A stretch of DNA of 64,000 nt, taken from the NCBI GenBank assembly GCA_002793855.1, contig PFET01000012.1, forward strand, positions 6,222 to 70,221. The letters run 5' to 3'. The translations under genes were made by a program, and so were the position numbers. This document shows positions 9,047 to 19,051 of the stretch, piece after piece. The stretch's first letter is position 1. Each line of letters starts with the position of its first letter. Origin of the DNA: Candidatus Uhrbacteria bacterium CG10_big_fil_rev_8_21_14_0_10_48_11. GTDB lineage: Bacteria > Patescibacteriota > Patescibacteriia > GWA2-46-9. The notes beneath the pieces were generated by a model. That model was not told the DNA's origin. It saw only the letters and a list, made by a program, of their open reading frames with translations, and did no database searches.

Positions 9047-10618
9047 TCAGGGCACAGGATCGTTTGATCGTCGGTTCTTGGTCGTGACCAATCGCACAAG
9101 CTCAAGACGGTTTATGGCGTCAACGTAGGCCAACGCCGACGCCATTACCACATCGGTGTGATTACCCCTTCCGCGGACAGCAATCTCACCCGTCCGGATC
9201 AGTACACTGACCTCGCCAAGTGCATCGGTGCCGCCAGTCAATCCTTTCGCCTGATAGCCCTCCAGCACCGAATAAACATAAGTACTTTTTTTGATGGCCT
9301 CGTAGCAGGCGTCAATGAGGCCATCGCCCGTCGCTGTGGCAGACTGCGATTTACCATCAATACTAATGGTCACCGCTACCTCAGGGTCTCCGTGGAGGCT
9401 TGCGACAACCCGTACATCCTCCAGCACGAACCGCTGACTGGCATCGGACTCATCACCAATCGCCACCACAATCAGATCTTCCGAAAAGATCTGGCCCTTT
9501 TTGTCAGCCAGCAACTTAAAGCGAGTAAATGCATCGCTAAAGTTGATAACCCTGGGATCAAATCCCAACTCGCGCAATGCCTTACTAAAGGCATGTCGGC
9601 CGGAATGCTTACCAAGCACCAGCGTGTTGCTGATCCGACCGACATCTTCAGGCCGCATGATCTCGTAGGTCCTGACGTTCTTGAGCACGCCATCCTGATG
9701 AATGCCCGCCTCGTGCGCGAACGCATTCGCGCCAACGATTGGTTTCGTCGGTGCAATCGTCATCCCGATCATTTTCGAAAGTGTCTGACTCGCCAGATAG
9801 ATCTGCTTCGCATTGACACGGGTGTTAATGACAAAGTGATCGTATCGAGTATTGAGCGCCATCACCACCTCTTCCAGCGCGGTATTGCCGGCTCGCTCAC
9901 CGATCCCATTGATGGTGCACTCAACCTGCCGCGCTCCGCCCTCGACCGCGGCCAAGGAATTGGCAACCGCCAGCCCCAGGTCGTTGTGACAGTGCGTGCT
10001 CCAGATGACCTGATCCGCGCTCTCCGTGCGCGCACGCAGGGTCTCGAACATCTGCCGAATTTTATCAGGTACTCCGTAGCCCGTGGTGTCGGGAACGTTG
10101 CAGACGCGGGCGCCAGCACGAATTACCTCGCCAAAGACCTGGCACAGGTAGTCGGTGTCGCTGCGCGACGCGTCCTCTGCCGAGAACTCAATGTAATCGA
10201 CGTACCTGCTGGCACGCTCGACCGCCCAAGCCGCGGCGTCAATGACCTCCTGCCGGCTCATCCCCAGCTTGTACCGCAAATGGATGTCCGAGGTCGCGAT
10301 AAAGACATGGATCCCTGGGGACTTGGCGCCATCCACTGCTCTCAACGCCGTCTCGATATCGGCCTCGCGAGTGCGAGCCAAGCTCAAGACTACGGGCCCG
10401 TCGACGGCACGAGCTACCGCCTTCACAGACTCTAAATCCCCCGGAGACGCAGCCGCAAAGCCAGCTTCTATGACGTCGACTCCGAGCGCCTCAAGCTGCC
10501 GCGCAACGGCGAGCTTCTCATCAACGTTCATCGTGCAGCCCGGCGACTGCTCTCCGTCACGTAGGGTCGTATCGAAGATCCGAACCCAGTCATTACTTCC
10601 GTCCCTGTATTTTCCCAT
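9047..10618 (-). CDS. leuA: 2-isopropylmalate synthase
   Basis: [52 protein letters not shown]-terminal regulatory domain; Leu-rich leader upstream. Confidence 0.95.
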   Translation of the reverse strand: MGKYRDGSNDWVRIFDTTLRDGEQSPGCTMNVDEKLAVARQLEALGVDVIEAGFAAASPGDLESVKAVARAVDGPVVLSLARTREADIETALRAVDGAKSPGIHVFIATSDIHLRYKLGMSRQEVIDAAAWAVERASRYVDYIEFSAEDASRSDTDYLCQVFGEVIRAGARVCNVPDTTGYGVPDKIRQMFETLRARTESADQVIWSTHCHNDLGLAVANSLAAVEGGARQVECTINGIGERAGNTALEEVVMALNTRYDHFVINTRVNAKQIYLASQTLSKMIGMTIAPTKPIVGANAFAHEAGIHQDGVLKNVRTYEIMRPEDVGRISNTLVLGKHSGRHAFSKALRELGFDPRVINFSDAFTRFKLLADKKGQIFSEDLIVVAIGDESDASQRFVLEDVRVVASLHGDPEVAVTISIDGKSQSATATGDGLIDACYEAIKKSTYVYSVLEGYQAKGLTGGTDALGEVSVLIRTGEIAVRGRGNHTDVVMASALAYVDAINRLELVRLVTTKNRRSNDPVP

Positions 10619-10676
10619 TTTCTTTCCTCGCCTCTAGCCGCCCAAAGGACGGGTTGTTCAGTTGTAAAGAACAAAC

Positions 10677-10850
10677 AAAAAAGCTCACCACCTGTGGTGG
10701 AGAGCTTTCGTACGAGTATCTTAAAATAAGCTACGCGCGAGACAACTCTCCACCCCTGGTCGGGGTGAGCAACGGAAGAAGAAGGGAGATTGTACTCTGG
10801 TAGAACTTCATAACTAAAAATAGACTAACGCCAGCCATAATACCTGTCAA
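10677..10850 (-). promoter_or_regulatory. Leucine-sensing transcriptional attenuator with promoter
   Basis: TTGACA-17-TAGTCT; leader ORF; CTCACCCC/GGGGTGGAG (1:2), GGTGGAGAG/CTCTCCACC (2:3), AAGCTCTCCACC-ACA-GGTGGTGAGCTTTTTT (3:4 terminator). Confidence 0.85.
10731..10811 (-). CDS. Leu-rich leader peptide MKFYQSTISLLLPLLTPTRGGELSRA
   Basis: 5 Leu codons in a 6-codon run (CTT CTT CTT CCG TTG CTC) directly upstream of leuA. Confidence 0.85.
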   Translation of the reverse strand: MKFYQSTISLLLPLLTPTRGGELSRA

Positions 10851-10856
10851 GTACTG

Positions 10857-11990
10857 TTAGACGGTGGCCACTTTCGAAACTTGGTAACCACGCGAACCTT
10901 CCGAGCGAGCGATGTTCTGCACAATACCCAGAAGCGCTAGGTGAACCAACAGCGAACTGCCACCCGCCGAAACCAAAGGGAAAGGAATACCAACAACCGG
11001 CACCAAACCCATCGACATACCAGCATTTACAAAAATCTCCACCGAAAACAATATAATGCTGCCAAGAATAAGAAAAGCAGCAAACCAATCCTGACAACGA
11101 TTGAGCAGTATAAACATTCGCACGTACATAATACCAAAAACACCCAACAGCACGACGATACCCGCAAAACCTAACTGTTCGGCAATGACGGCAAAAATAA
11201 AATCTGTTTCCGCTTCTGGTAAAAAACGAAGCTGACTCTGTGAACCTTCACCCAGTCCCCTCCCAACAAGCTGTCCGGCACCAACGGCAATGGTTGCTTG
11301 TCGCACATTATACGTAGCTGAGGTGACTGCTGTCGGCGAGAAAAAAGTTGCAATGCGTTCTTTTTGGTACGGCTTAAATAAGAAAAACCAAGCAACGGCA
11401 AAAAGGACAACAGCGGTAATCGTCGCCACAATAAAATATTTTCGCTTTACGCCAATAACGAGAACTAAACCTGCCCACAACGCCAGCAGAAGCGCTGCCG
11501 AGCCAAAGTCTGGCTGAAAAAAAACGAGTGCTGCCAAAAAAGCGGCAACAAAAAAACTCTGTGCTAAATTGCTAAGAAGATCCAGTTCTCGCGAGCGCCT
11601 CGCAAAATAAGAAGCAAGCACAATAACACCAACTAGCTTTGCAAGCTCCACCGGCTGAAAACGAAGTGAACCTACACCAATCCATCCGCGCGTACCGTTT
11701 ACCACCTGTCCAAACACCAAGGTTACGGCAAGTAGCGCAAGCATCGCCACGTACAACCAACGGCTCATCGACTGCCAGCTATGAAAGTCAATAAAACTTA
11801 ACCCTAGGTAAAGAACAAAACCGACCGCTGCAATAATGAGCTGTTTCTGAAACGTGTAGAGGTCTCCCCCGCCTCGACCAATGGCAACACTGTAAAGCGT
11901 AACGAGGCCAATGCCGGATACCAAAACAGTACCGGCGAATAAAGGCCAGTCGAAGCGTCCGACAAAATCTCTGATCCGCCGTGCGGTCAT
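10857..11990 (-). CDS. rodA: Rod shape-determining SEDS protein RodA
   Basis: FQPVELAK, QPDFGSA, LPEAETDFIFAVIAE, GIPFPLVSAGGSS. Confidence 0.9.
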   Translation of the reverse strand: MTARRIRDFVGRFDWPLFAGTVLVSGIGLVTLYSVAIGRGGGDLYTFQKQLIIAAVGFVLYLGLSFIDFHSWQSMSRWLYVAMLALLAVTLVFGQVVNGTRGWIGVGSLRFQPVELAKLVGVIVLASYFARRSRELDLLSNLAQSFFVAAFLAALVFFQPDFGSAALLLALWAGLVLVIGVKRKYFIVATITAVVLFAVAWFFLFKPYQKERIATFFSPTAVTSATYNVRQATIAVGAGQLVGRGLGEGSQSQLRFLPEAETDFIFAVIAEQLGFAGIVVLLGVFGIMYVRMFILLNRCQDWFAAFLILGSIILFSVEIFVNAGMSMGLVPVVGIPFPLVSAGGSSLLVHLALLGIVQNIARSEGSRGYQVSKVATV

Positions 11991-12000
11991 CTAAAGACGA

Positions 12001-12879
12001 CTAAAAACGAATCTGGTCGGCTTGTCCTCGCATGAAGTTGTCAGCGTTGACGATGTCGACATTCGGCACTACTAAAACATCAGTCACTCCTAAAATGGTA
12101 TTGTAGAGATTTATAGTAACGGGGCGTTGCTCCCCCGCCTTTAATTGGTCAAGAGCAAGGGCTTGAGCAGCTACAGCACGTGACCCCTGCAGAAGTACCA
12201 CCGTAAAACCGGTCGACCAAAATCCATTAGCGCTCTCGTTTGCTACGGTAAATGACACCTGCCCGGGCAAACTCAAACCGGCACTATCAACCCCCCGACC
12301 AGAGGTAAATGAAACACCGCTAACTACAAAGTGCGGCTTCAAGGCGTTGAAAGCGTCAGGAATATGCAATCGCTGCCACTTGATGTTGTTTATACGAATC
12401 GGCAAATTCGCACTCGGTGAAGTAGCGGCACCAACGCTAACCGCAAATCGCTCCTCGTTGTTTAATACCAAAACCGTATCACTACCATTACTACCATCGC
12501 CAACCTGATACGTTACCCACGCTACCCAATTTGGATTTGGATTAAAAAATTTAACCAACGCGTCATATTTGCCATTGCGACCACTGCCTGCCAGTACCGT
12601 GCCGGTTGAAGTACTGATGGGATGCGGTGAAATAATACGATGCCAGTTCGCCGTATCAACACTGGTTGAGAGCGCGTACAGCACCTGTTGGTCTGCGACG
12701 CGAGAAAATACGTACAAATTAAGGAGCTGATAACCAGAATACAACAACACAACCGCTTCAACCGCCACCACAATACCGATGACCATAAGGCGAAATCGAC
12801 TATGATTCGTTATCCAAAATTGAGCCCAACGAAACCACGAGTCGTTCAGTACCGGGTTTACGTTTTCAGTGTCACGCAT
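12001..12879 (-). CDS. Hypothetical membrane-anchored protein with beta-rich extracellular domains
   Basis: 292 aa, single N-terminal hydrophobic helix, co-oriented with rodA. Confidence 0.75.
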   Translation of the reverse strand: MRDTENVNPVLNDSWFRWAQFWITNHSRFRLMVIGIVVAVEAVVLLYSGYQLLNLYVFSRVADQQVLYALSTSVDTANWHRIISPHPISTSTGTVLAGSGRNGKYDALVKFFNPNPNWVAWVTYQVGDGSNGSDTVLVLNNEERFAVSVGAATSPSANLPIRINNIKWQRLHIPDAFNALKPHFVVSGVSFTSGRGVDSAGLSLPGQVSFTVANESANGFWSTGFTVVLLQGSRAVAAQALALDQLKAGEQRPVTINLYNTILGVTDVLVVPNVDIVNADNFMRGQADQIRF

Positions 12880-12998
12880 ATAGATTTTAGTGTAGCATAT
12901 CTGTAATAAAACCGTAGCGTGGCAAACCCTAAAAGACGTTTACCGCTAACCACATTCGTGCTACACTAAGCCCAGATTTTACCGACTAACCCACATCC

Positions 12999-15047
12999 AT
13001 GGCGAAAGAAAAATCGCAAGCAGCAAAGAAAGCTCAGGGAGCAAACGACTACACCGCAAAACAAATTACCGTCCTAGAAGGTCTCGACCCGGTCCGCAAA
13101 CGACCGGGTATGTATATCGGCAACACAGCCTCTGAAGGGCTACATCACCTTATCTGGGAAGTCGTCGATAACGGCATTGACGAGGCCATGGCCGGTTTTG
13201 CCACCGAGGTAACCGTGCGACTACTCCCCGGCAACGAGGTAGAGGTTACAGACAACGGCCGCGGTATTCCGGTTGATATTCATAAGCAGACAAAAAAATC
13301 GGCACTAGAAACAGTGCTTACTACTTTACACGCCGGTGGTAAATTCGGCGATGGTGGTTATAAGGTATCTGGTGGGCTGCACGGTGTTGGTGTCTCGGTG
13401 GTGAATGCCCTCTCTGTTCACCTGCGGGCCGAGGTAAAACGTGATGGCAAAGTGTACGCTCAAGAATACGAACGCGGCAAAGCAACCGGAAAAGTAAAAG
13501 AAGTAGGCAAAACCTCAAAACAGGACACTGGTACTGTCATTCGCTTTCGTCCGGACGATACTATTTTTACGGTTACCGAATTTTCTCTAAAAGAAGTTAT
13601 CAGTCACCTCCGGCAGCAAGCATATCTCACCAAGGGGGTGATGATTACAATCATTGATGATCGCTCGCCAGCAAACAAACAAGAAGACCCCTGCGCGCGT
13701 ACCTACCGCTTCTACTTTGAAGGTGGTGTCGCCTCCTACGTCCGGCACCTCAACCACCTCAAAAACCCAAAGCACGAAAACATTTTCTATATTGAAAAAG
13801 AAGAAGAAGAAGAAGTTCGTGTTGAGGTTGGGCTTCAATACAACGAAGAGTACCAGGAGACATTATTCGCTTTTGCTAACAACATTCATAACCCCGAAGG
13901 CGGTACGCACCTTGCCGGCTTTCGAACGGCACTGACCCGCACACTCAACGCCTACGCGCGTCGCAAGGGGTTGCTCAAAGAAAAAGACGAAAACCTAACG
14001 GGCGACGATGTGCGCGAAGGACTGACAGCGGTTATTAGTGTAAAGGTAAAGGAACCGCAGTTTGAAGGACAGACCAAGGCAAAACTTGGAAACGCTGAAG
14101 TGCGCTCTATTGTCGATACGGTTTTTGGTGACGCCTTCTCGGCGTTTCTCGAAGAACACCCACGGGATGCCGAGGCTATCATCAGTAAGGTTGCACTAGC
14201 TGCCCAAGCACGTCTGGCCGCACGCGCCGCGAGGGCATCTGTGCTGCGCAAAGGCGCACTCGAAGGCTTTATGCTTCCTGGTAAACTTGCCGACTGTTCC
14301 AGTAAAGACTCCTCACGGTCAGAGATATTTATCGTCGAGGGTGATAGTGCTGGCGGCAGTGCCAAGCAAGGTCGCAATCGAGAGTTCCAAGCTATCTTGC
14401 CACTACGTGGAAAAATTTTGAACGTTGAAAAAGCACGCCTTGACAAAATGCTCGCCAACAATGAAATTAAATCGCTTATCATTGCGCTAGGTACCAACGT
14501 CGGCGAACAGTTCGATATCGAAAAACTTCGCTACGACCGCATTGTTATTATGACCGATGCCGATGTCGACGGCGCGCACATTCGTACTTTGCTCCTCACG
14601 CTCTTCTACCGCTACTTCCCCGAGCTGGTACGGCAAGGTCACGTCTACATTGCGCAACCGCCACTTTATAAAATTAGTAAAGGGAAAGAATCTTACTACG
14701 CTTACAGTGATACTGAGCTTGATAACATTCGCAAAGAATTAAACGCTGAAAGTGTAGCCAAAAAATCTGCTAAAAAGCAAACGAAGAAAAAAGGTTCAGA
14801 TGACGAGGCGACGGAGGAAACTGAAATTAACCTTAACATTCAGCGCTACAAAGGTTTGGGTGAAATGAATGCCGATCAGCTCTGGGAAACAACCATGGAT
14901 CCCGACCGACGTATATTGAAAAAAGTTGCGGTAGACGATGCCGAAAAAGCGGATGCTACCTTTACCGTCTTGATGGGCAGCGAGGTTGCCCCGCGTAAAC
15001 ACTTCATTCAAACACACGCAAAAGCCGTAAAGAATTTGGACGTTTAA
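12999..15047 (+). CDS. gyrB: DNA gyrase subunit B
   Basis: VRKRPGMYIG, SGGLHGVG, VEGDSAGG, MTDADVDG, QRYKGLGEM. Confidence 0.97.
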   Translation: MAKEKSQAAKKAQGANDYTAKQITVLEGLDPVRKRPGMYIGNTASEGLHHLIWEVVDNGIDEAMAGFATEVTVRLLPGNEVEVTDNGRGIPVDIHKQTKKSALETVLTTLHAGGKFGDGGYKVSGGLHGVGVSVVNALSVHLRAEVKRDGKVYAQEYERGKATGKVKEVGKTSKQDTGTVIRFRPDDTIFTVTEFSLKEVISHLRQQAYLTKGVMITIIDDRSPANKQEDPCARTYRFYFEGGVASYVRHLNHLKNPKHENIFYIEKEEEEEVRVEVGLQYNEEYQETLFAFANNIHNPEGGTHLAGFRTALTRTLNAYARRKGLLKEKDENLTGDDVREGLTAVISVKVKEPQFEGQTKAKLGNAEVRSIVDTVFGDAFSAFLEEHPRDAEAIISKVALAAQARLAARAARASVLRKGALEGFMLPGKLADCSSKDSSRSEIFIVEGDSAGGSAKQGRNREFQAILPLRGKILNVEKARLDKMLANNEIKSLIIALGTNVGEQFDIEKLRYDRIVIMTDADVDGAHIRTLLLTLFYRYFPELVRQGHVYIAQPPLYKISKGKESYYAYSDTELDNIRKELNAESVAKKSAKKQTKKKGSDDEATEETEINLNIQRYKGLGEMNADQLWETTMDPDRRILKKVAVDDAEKADATFTVLMGSEVAPRKHFIQTHAKAVKNLDV

Positions 15048-15055
15048 GGTAAGGT

Positions 15056-15240
15056 AGCGCCTCCTCCGGTGGGGTGAAGGAGGCGCCGTGCGGTCGTTGT
15101 GCGCAGTCGATTCGGGTACGGCGATAGGGCCACCCATCACCGCAGCTAGTTAGCATCCGGTCTGCATACCGGACCCCGCAACGCACCATGCTCTTCCTCT
15201 TGTCGTGGCGTTGCGCCACGGCGGTTGAGGGAGAGCAAAC
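15056..15240. ncRNA. Candidate structured GC-rich RNA element, family unknown
   Basis: Several nested hairpins in an intergenic gap; no SRP, RNase P, tRNA or 6S signature recognised. Confidence 0.35.
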
Positions 15241-15288
15241 AAACGCCCTGCAGTTTTAGCACAAGAATGTAGGCAAAACAAGTAGCCC

Positions 15289-15349
15289 TTGCCAAATCAA
15301 ACCTAGTCTGGTAGGATAGAGCCGTAAATCCCCCGCAACGGGGGCTTTT
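15289..15349 (+). promoter_or_regulatory. secE-nusG-rplK-rplA promoter with 5' hairpin
   Basis: TTGCCA-17-TAGGAT then CCCCCG-CAA-CGGGGG-CTTTT. Confidence 0.65.
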
Positions 15350-15363
15350 AAAATCCATGAATT

Positions 15364-15558
15364 ATGACGCTGACGAACAACCCCATAGCTAACTACCTTA
15401 AAACCTCCTACGAGGAGCTAAAGAAAGTAACCTGGCCAACAAGAGTTGAGGCAACCAAGCACTCGCTCTGGGTAATTGCCCTGAGTCTTCTAGTGGCAGC
15501 CTTTTTTGGTATTATCGACTTTTTCCTCTCCCGAGGACTTGAGTTATTACTGCGCTAA
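15364..15558 (+). CDS. secE: Preprotein translocase subunit SecE
   Basis: ELKKVTWPT motif, one TM helix, upstream of nusG. Confidence 0.95.
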   Translation: MTLTNNPIANYLKTSYEELKKVTWPTRVEATKHSLWVIALSLLVAAFFGIIDFFLSRGLELLLR

Positions 15559-15561
15559 GGT

Positions 15562-16107
15562 ATGCCTAAGCAGATTGGCGACCAGGGCCGACGCTGGTAT
15601 GTACTGCACACGTACTCTGGATATGAAGAAAATGTTGAACGCAACCTCAAGCAGCGCGTGGAAACACTTGGCATTGAAGACAAAATTTTCAATGTGCTTA
15701 TCCCGACCGAAAAAAAGATTAAAATTAGAAATGGTCGTCGTCGGGTCGTTACCGAAAAAATCTTCCCAGGCTACGTAATGATTGAAATGGTCGTAACCGA
15801 CGACTCTTGGTACGTTGTCCGCAACACACCAAACGTTACCGGCTTTATTGGCACGGGTACGACACCGACAGCACTTTCCGAAGATGAGGTAAAGCAGATA
15901 CAGAAACGGATGGGTATCGAAGAACCCAAGTACACCATTGACGTTACGCCAGATACGCCGGTCAAAATTGTTGACGGACCGTTCAAAGACTTTGAGGGTA
16001 AGGTGGCAAGCGTTGACGAGGTACGCGGCAAAGTTAAAGTATTAGTTTCTATGTTTGGGCGGGAAACTCCCGTAGAGCTCGACTTCTTACAAATCCAAAA
16101 AGCGTAA
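15562..16107 (+). CDS. nusG: Transcription factor NusG
   Basis: WYVLHTYSGYE, FPGYV, VRNTPNVTGF, FGRETPVEL. Confidence 0.98.
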   Translation: MPKQIGDQGRRWYVLHTYSGYEENVERNLKQRVETLGIEDKIFNVLIPTEKKIKIRNGRRRVVTEKIFPGYVMIEMVVTDDSWYVVRNTPNVTGFIGTGTTPTALSEDEVKQIQKRMGIEEPKYTIDVTPDTPVKIVDGPFKDFEGKVASVDEVRGKVKVLVSMFGRETPVELDFLQIQKA

Positions 16108-16123
16108 CCGCTAGTTCAACCAT

Positions 16124-16546
16124 ATGGCAAAGAAAGTAAAGGCACTTATTAAACTTCAGATTCCTGCAGGCAAAGCCACTCCGGCGCAGCCTGTCGGGCC
16201 GGCGCTTGGTCAGCACGGACTTAACATTCAAGAGTTCTGCACAAAGTTTAATGCCGCAACCAAAGATCGCGGTGACGACATCACGCCGGTCATTATTACC
16301 GCCTATGAAGATCGCACCTACGATTTTATACTGAAAACCCCACCAGCATCAGTGCTCATCAAAAAGGCGGCTGGCATTGAAAAGGGTTCTGGTAAGCCCC
16401 TACAAGAGAAGGTCGGCAGCATCACCCGAGCTCAACTCAAAGAAATTGCCGAAAAGAAAATGCCCGACCTCAACGCAAACGATATTGAGGCAGCAATGAA
16501 CATTGTTGAAGGGACGGCAAAAAACATGGGTATCACTATTTCGTAA
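16124..16546 (+). CDS. rplK: 50S ribosomal protein L11
   Basis: [27 protein letters not shown]. Confidence 0.98.
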   Translation: MAKKVKALIKLQIPAGKATPAQPVGPALGQHGLNIQEFCTKFNAATKDRGDDITPVIITAYEDRTYDFILKTPPASVLIKKAAGIEKGSGKPLQEKVGSITRAQLKEIAEKKMPDLNANDIEAAMNIVEGTAKNMGITIS

Positions 16547-16560
16547 TTATTGTTTATTCT

Positions 16561-16591
16561 GTGGGACCTTCACCAGAAGGGCTAGTACCAC
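16561..16591 (+). promoter_or_regulatory. Putative L1-binding autoregulatory hairpin before rplA
   Basis: GTGG-GA-CCTTC-ACCA-GAAGG-GCTAGTA-CCAC resembles the L1 operator found between rplK and rplA in many bacteria. Confidence 0.6.
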
Positions 16592-16605
16592 GTAATGAAA
16601 AAGGC

Positions 16606-17289
16606 ATGCAAAAATTAGGCAAACGACACGCGACCAATATGGCCAAAATTGAAAAACGTATCTACGAGCCAAGCGAGGCCATCGCGACGCTGAAAGATCT
16701 CAAGCACGCGAAGTTTACCGAATCGGTAGAAATTCATCTTCGGCTCGGCATCGACCCAAAGCAGGGCGACCAGCAGGTACGAGGCACGGTTACCCTACCC
16801 CATGGCACCGGTCAGACAAAACTGGTCGCTGTATTTGCTGAGGGCGAGGCGGAAATCGAGGCAAAGAAAGCCGGCGCCGACCTCGTTGGTGGTAAGGAAT
16901 TGATAGACAAAATAAAAACTTCTGGTAAATGTGAGTTCGACGTTGCCGTAGCAACACCGGACATGATGGCGAGTCTAGCTAGCATTGCAAAAATCCTTGG
17001 TCCTCGCGGGCTGATGCCGTCTCCTAAAAACGAAACGGTAACTAAAAATGTTGGCGAAGCAGTTACTGAGCTCAAAAAGGGAAAGATTGCCTTTAAGAAT
17101 GACGACACGGCAAACCTACATCAGATAATTGGTAAGGTTGATCAAACTCCCGAACAACTGCTTGAAAACTTACAAGCCTTTATGGACGCTATTCGGCGCG
17201 CCAAACCTGCCTCAGCTAAGGGTATCTACATCAAAGGGGCAACATTAACGACCACCATGGGGCCTGGCCTTTTGGTTGGCGTAAACTAG
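16606..17289 (+). CDS. rplA: 50S ribosomal protein L1
   Basis: VRGTVTLPHGTG, ILGPRGLMPSPK, TTMGPG; start ATG 16606. Confidence 0.97.
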   Translation: MQKLGKRHATNMAKIEKRIYEPSEAIATLKDLKHAKFTESVEIHLRLGIDPKQGDQQVRGTVTLPHGTGQTKLVAVFAEGEAEIEAKKAGADLVGGKELIDKIKTSGKCEFDVAVATPDMMASLASIAKILGPRGLMPSPKNETVTKNVGEAVTELKKGKIAFKNDDTANLHQIIGKVDQTPEQLLENLQAFMDAIRRAKPASAKGIYIKGATLTTTMGPGLLVGVN

Positions 17290-17349
17290 CGTACCGAAAA
17301 ACGATTAGATGCTTTGTCTCAGCCGGCTGATTTGCTACAATAGCAGTCT

Positions 17350-17940
17350 ATGGCGAGGCAATCACAAAAAAAAGTTATCGGACTTACTGGTCCAAAAGGC
17401 AGCGGCAAAGGGACCATTGCGAACTATCTTGCCGAACACTACGGCGCAACGGTTATCGCCGTCTCTACAATACTTAACGAAATATTGACACTCATTGGCG
17501 TTAAACGTGAGCGAGTCAATCAAATCGCTTTAGCGCAGGCTCTTCGCGCCACCTTTGGCAAAGAGGCAATGGGTCACGCTGTCGATGCTGCCCTTAATCG
17601 ACTGCCACCCACAAAGCAACGTCTAGTAGTTGTTGACGGCGTCCGTCCGCTTGCCGATTGGGATCCGTGGCGAAACAACAAAAACGCAACTCTTGTCGCC
17701 GTTACCGCTAGCGCAGAAATTCGTTACCAGCGTATTCGTAAACGCGGTAAGACAGCAGAAGAAAAGACCCTTACCCTTAAAAGGTTCAGGGCTGAAGAAA
17801 AAATGCCGACCGAGACAAAGACAATTGGCGAAACTAGTCGTCACGCGCGATTCACCATTGACACCAGCGACTCAAAAGCAGCTGTTTATCGTCAGGTAGA
17901 TTATGTCGCCGATAAACTCAACCTTAAACGCAAGCGGTAA
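17350..17940 (+). CDS. P-loop nucleoside monophosphate kinase-like protein
   Basis: GLTGPKGSGKGT Walker A, VVDGVR, RYQRIRKRG lid; first gene of dTTP cluster. Confidence 0.8.
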   Translation: MARQSQKKVIGLTGPKGSGKGTIANYLAEHYGATVIAVSTILNEILTLIGVKRERVNQIALAQALRATFGKEAMGHAVDAALNRLPPTKQRLVVVDGVRPLADWDPWRNNKNATLVAVTASAEIRYQRIRKRGKTAEEKTLTLKRFRAEEKMPTETKTIGETSRHARFTIDTSDSKAAVYRQVDYVADKLNLKRKR

Positions 17941-17941
17941 G

Positions 17942-19051
17942 ATGGCACTTCCCTACCAACAAATTAAACGTCTTGTCGAAAACGGAGGTATTCAAACTAC
18001 TGCTGAAATTACTGAAGCGCAGCTGCAACCAGCATCAATAGACTGTACGCTTGGACAAAAAGTGTACCGTATTTCTTCCGGTTTTCTGCCAAAAGAAAAC
18101 GAGACGGTCGCCGAACTTTTACGAGAGCGTACCCTTTACGAATTTGAACTTGAGCCCGGCACCATTCTTGAAACAAATACCCCCTACATTATACCGCTGA
18201 GGGAATCGCTTAACCTGCCGGCAACCCTAATCGCTATAGCCAGCCCCAAGAGTTCAATTGGCCGCGTTGATGTGTTTGTACGCGTCATGACCGATCACAA
18301 CCCGCAGTACGACGCTATCCCTGCCGGTTATCAAGGACCCTTATATCTCGAAATTATCCCGCTGACGTTTGCCGTACGGATTTCGCCAGCGCTGGCGATG
18401 ACACAGCTAAGGTTTAGAGATGAGCAAGAATGTTTTCCAACTACTGACGAGATGCGCACTATTCACGGCAGCGATCCGCTTATCTTGACCACTTCGGGCG
18501 AAGCGCTTCCCACAAAGGGTCTACGCTTAAAAGAGAACATCCTCTCCTTCACGGTTGATTTAACCGGTTCTGAAATTGTCGGCTATCGCGCGCGACACTA
18601 CGTGAACAAACTGCTGGATCTCACAAAAATAAACGCGCATGATCCCGCGCTTTTTTGGCACCCAATACCACGGCAAGCAAATGGTGAACTCATTCTTGAG
18701 CCAAACTCCTTTTACATCATTGCCACCAAAGAACGGGTACGTATACCCTCGCAGATGGCGGCAGAAATTATGCCCTACGACCCCTCAACGGGAGAACTGC
18801 GCTCCCACTATGCGGGGTTTTTCGACCCAGGCTTTGGCTGCGGCAATGACGAGAATATGCATGGTAACATTGTAGTACTTGAAGTCCGTGCCCACAGTGC
18901 CCCTTTCCGGCTGACAGATGGACAGGTAATATGTAAGATGATGTTTGAAAGACTAACGGAGGTACCCGAAAAAACCTACGGCGCAAACGTTGGCTCCACC
19001 TACACCGATCCTACTATTCGCTTAAGTAAATACTTTTCTTCGCATGTCTAA
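17942..19051 (+). CDS. dcd: dCTP deaminase (long, tandem dUTPase-fold type)
   Basis: QLQPASID, SPKSSIGRVD, HYAGFFDPGFG, VLEVR. Confidence 0.9.
   Translation: MALPYQQIKRLVENGGIQTTAEITEAQLQPASIDCTLGQKVYRISSGFLPKENETVAELLRERTLYEFELEPGTILETNTPYIIPLRESLNLPATLIAIASPKSSIGRVDVFVRVMTDHNPQYDAIPAGYQGPLYLEIIPLTFAVRISPALAMTQLRFRDEQECFPTTDEMRTIHGSDPLILTTSGEALPTKGLRLKENILSFTVDLTGSEIVGYRARHYVNKLLDLTKINAHDPALFWHPIPRQANGELILEPNSFYIIATKERVRIPSQMAAEIMPYDPSTGELRSHYAGFFDPGFGCGNDENMHGNIVVLEVRAHSAPFRLTDGQVICKMMFERLTEVPEKTYGANVGSTYTDPTIRLSKYFSSHV

Noticed and set aside
9158-10435. 425-aa plus-strand ORF
   Set aside because: Antisense shadow of the GC-rich leuA; no motif or SD
15050-15260. tRNA-Trp, SRP RNA, RNase P or 6S RNA upstream of secE
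   Set aside because: No T-loop or cloverleaf, no SRP helix-8 motif, no GAGGAAAGTCC, not a single rod
16561-16605. N-terminal extension of L1 from GTG 16561
   Set aside because: Segment is better explained as the L1 operator hairpin; ATG 16606 gives normal length
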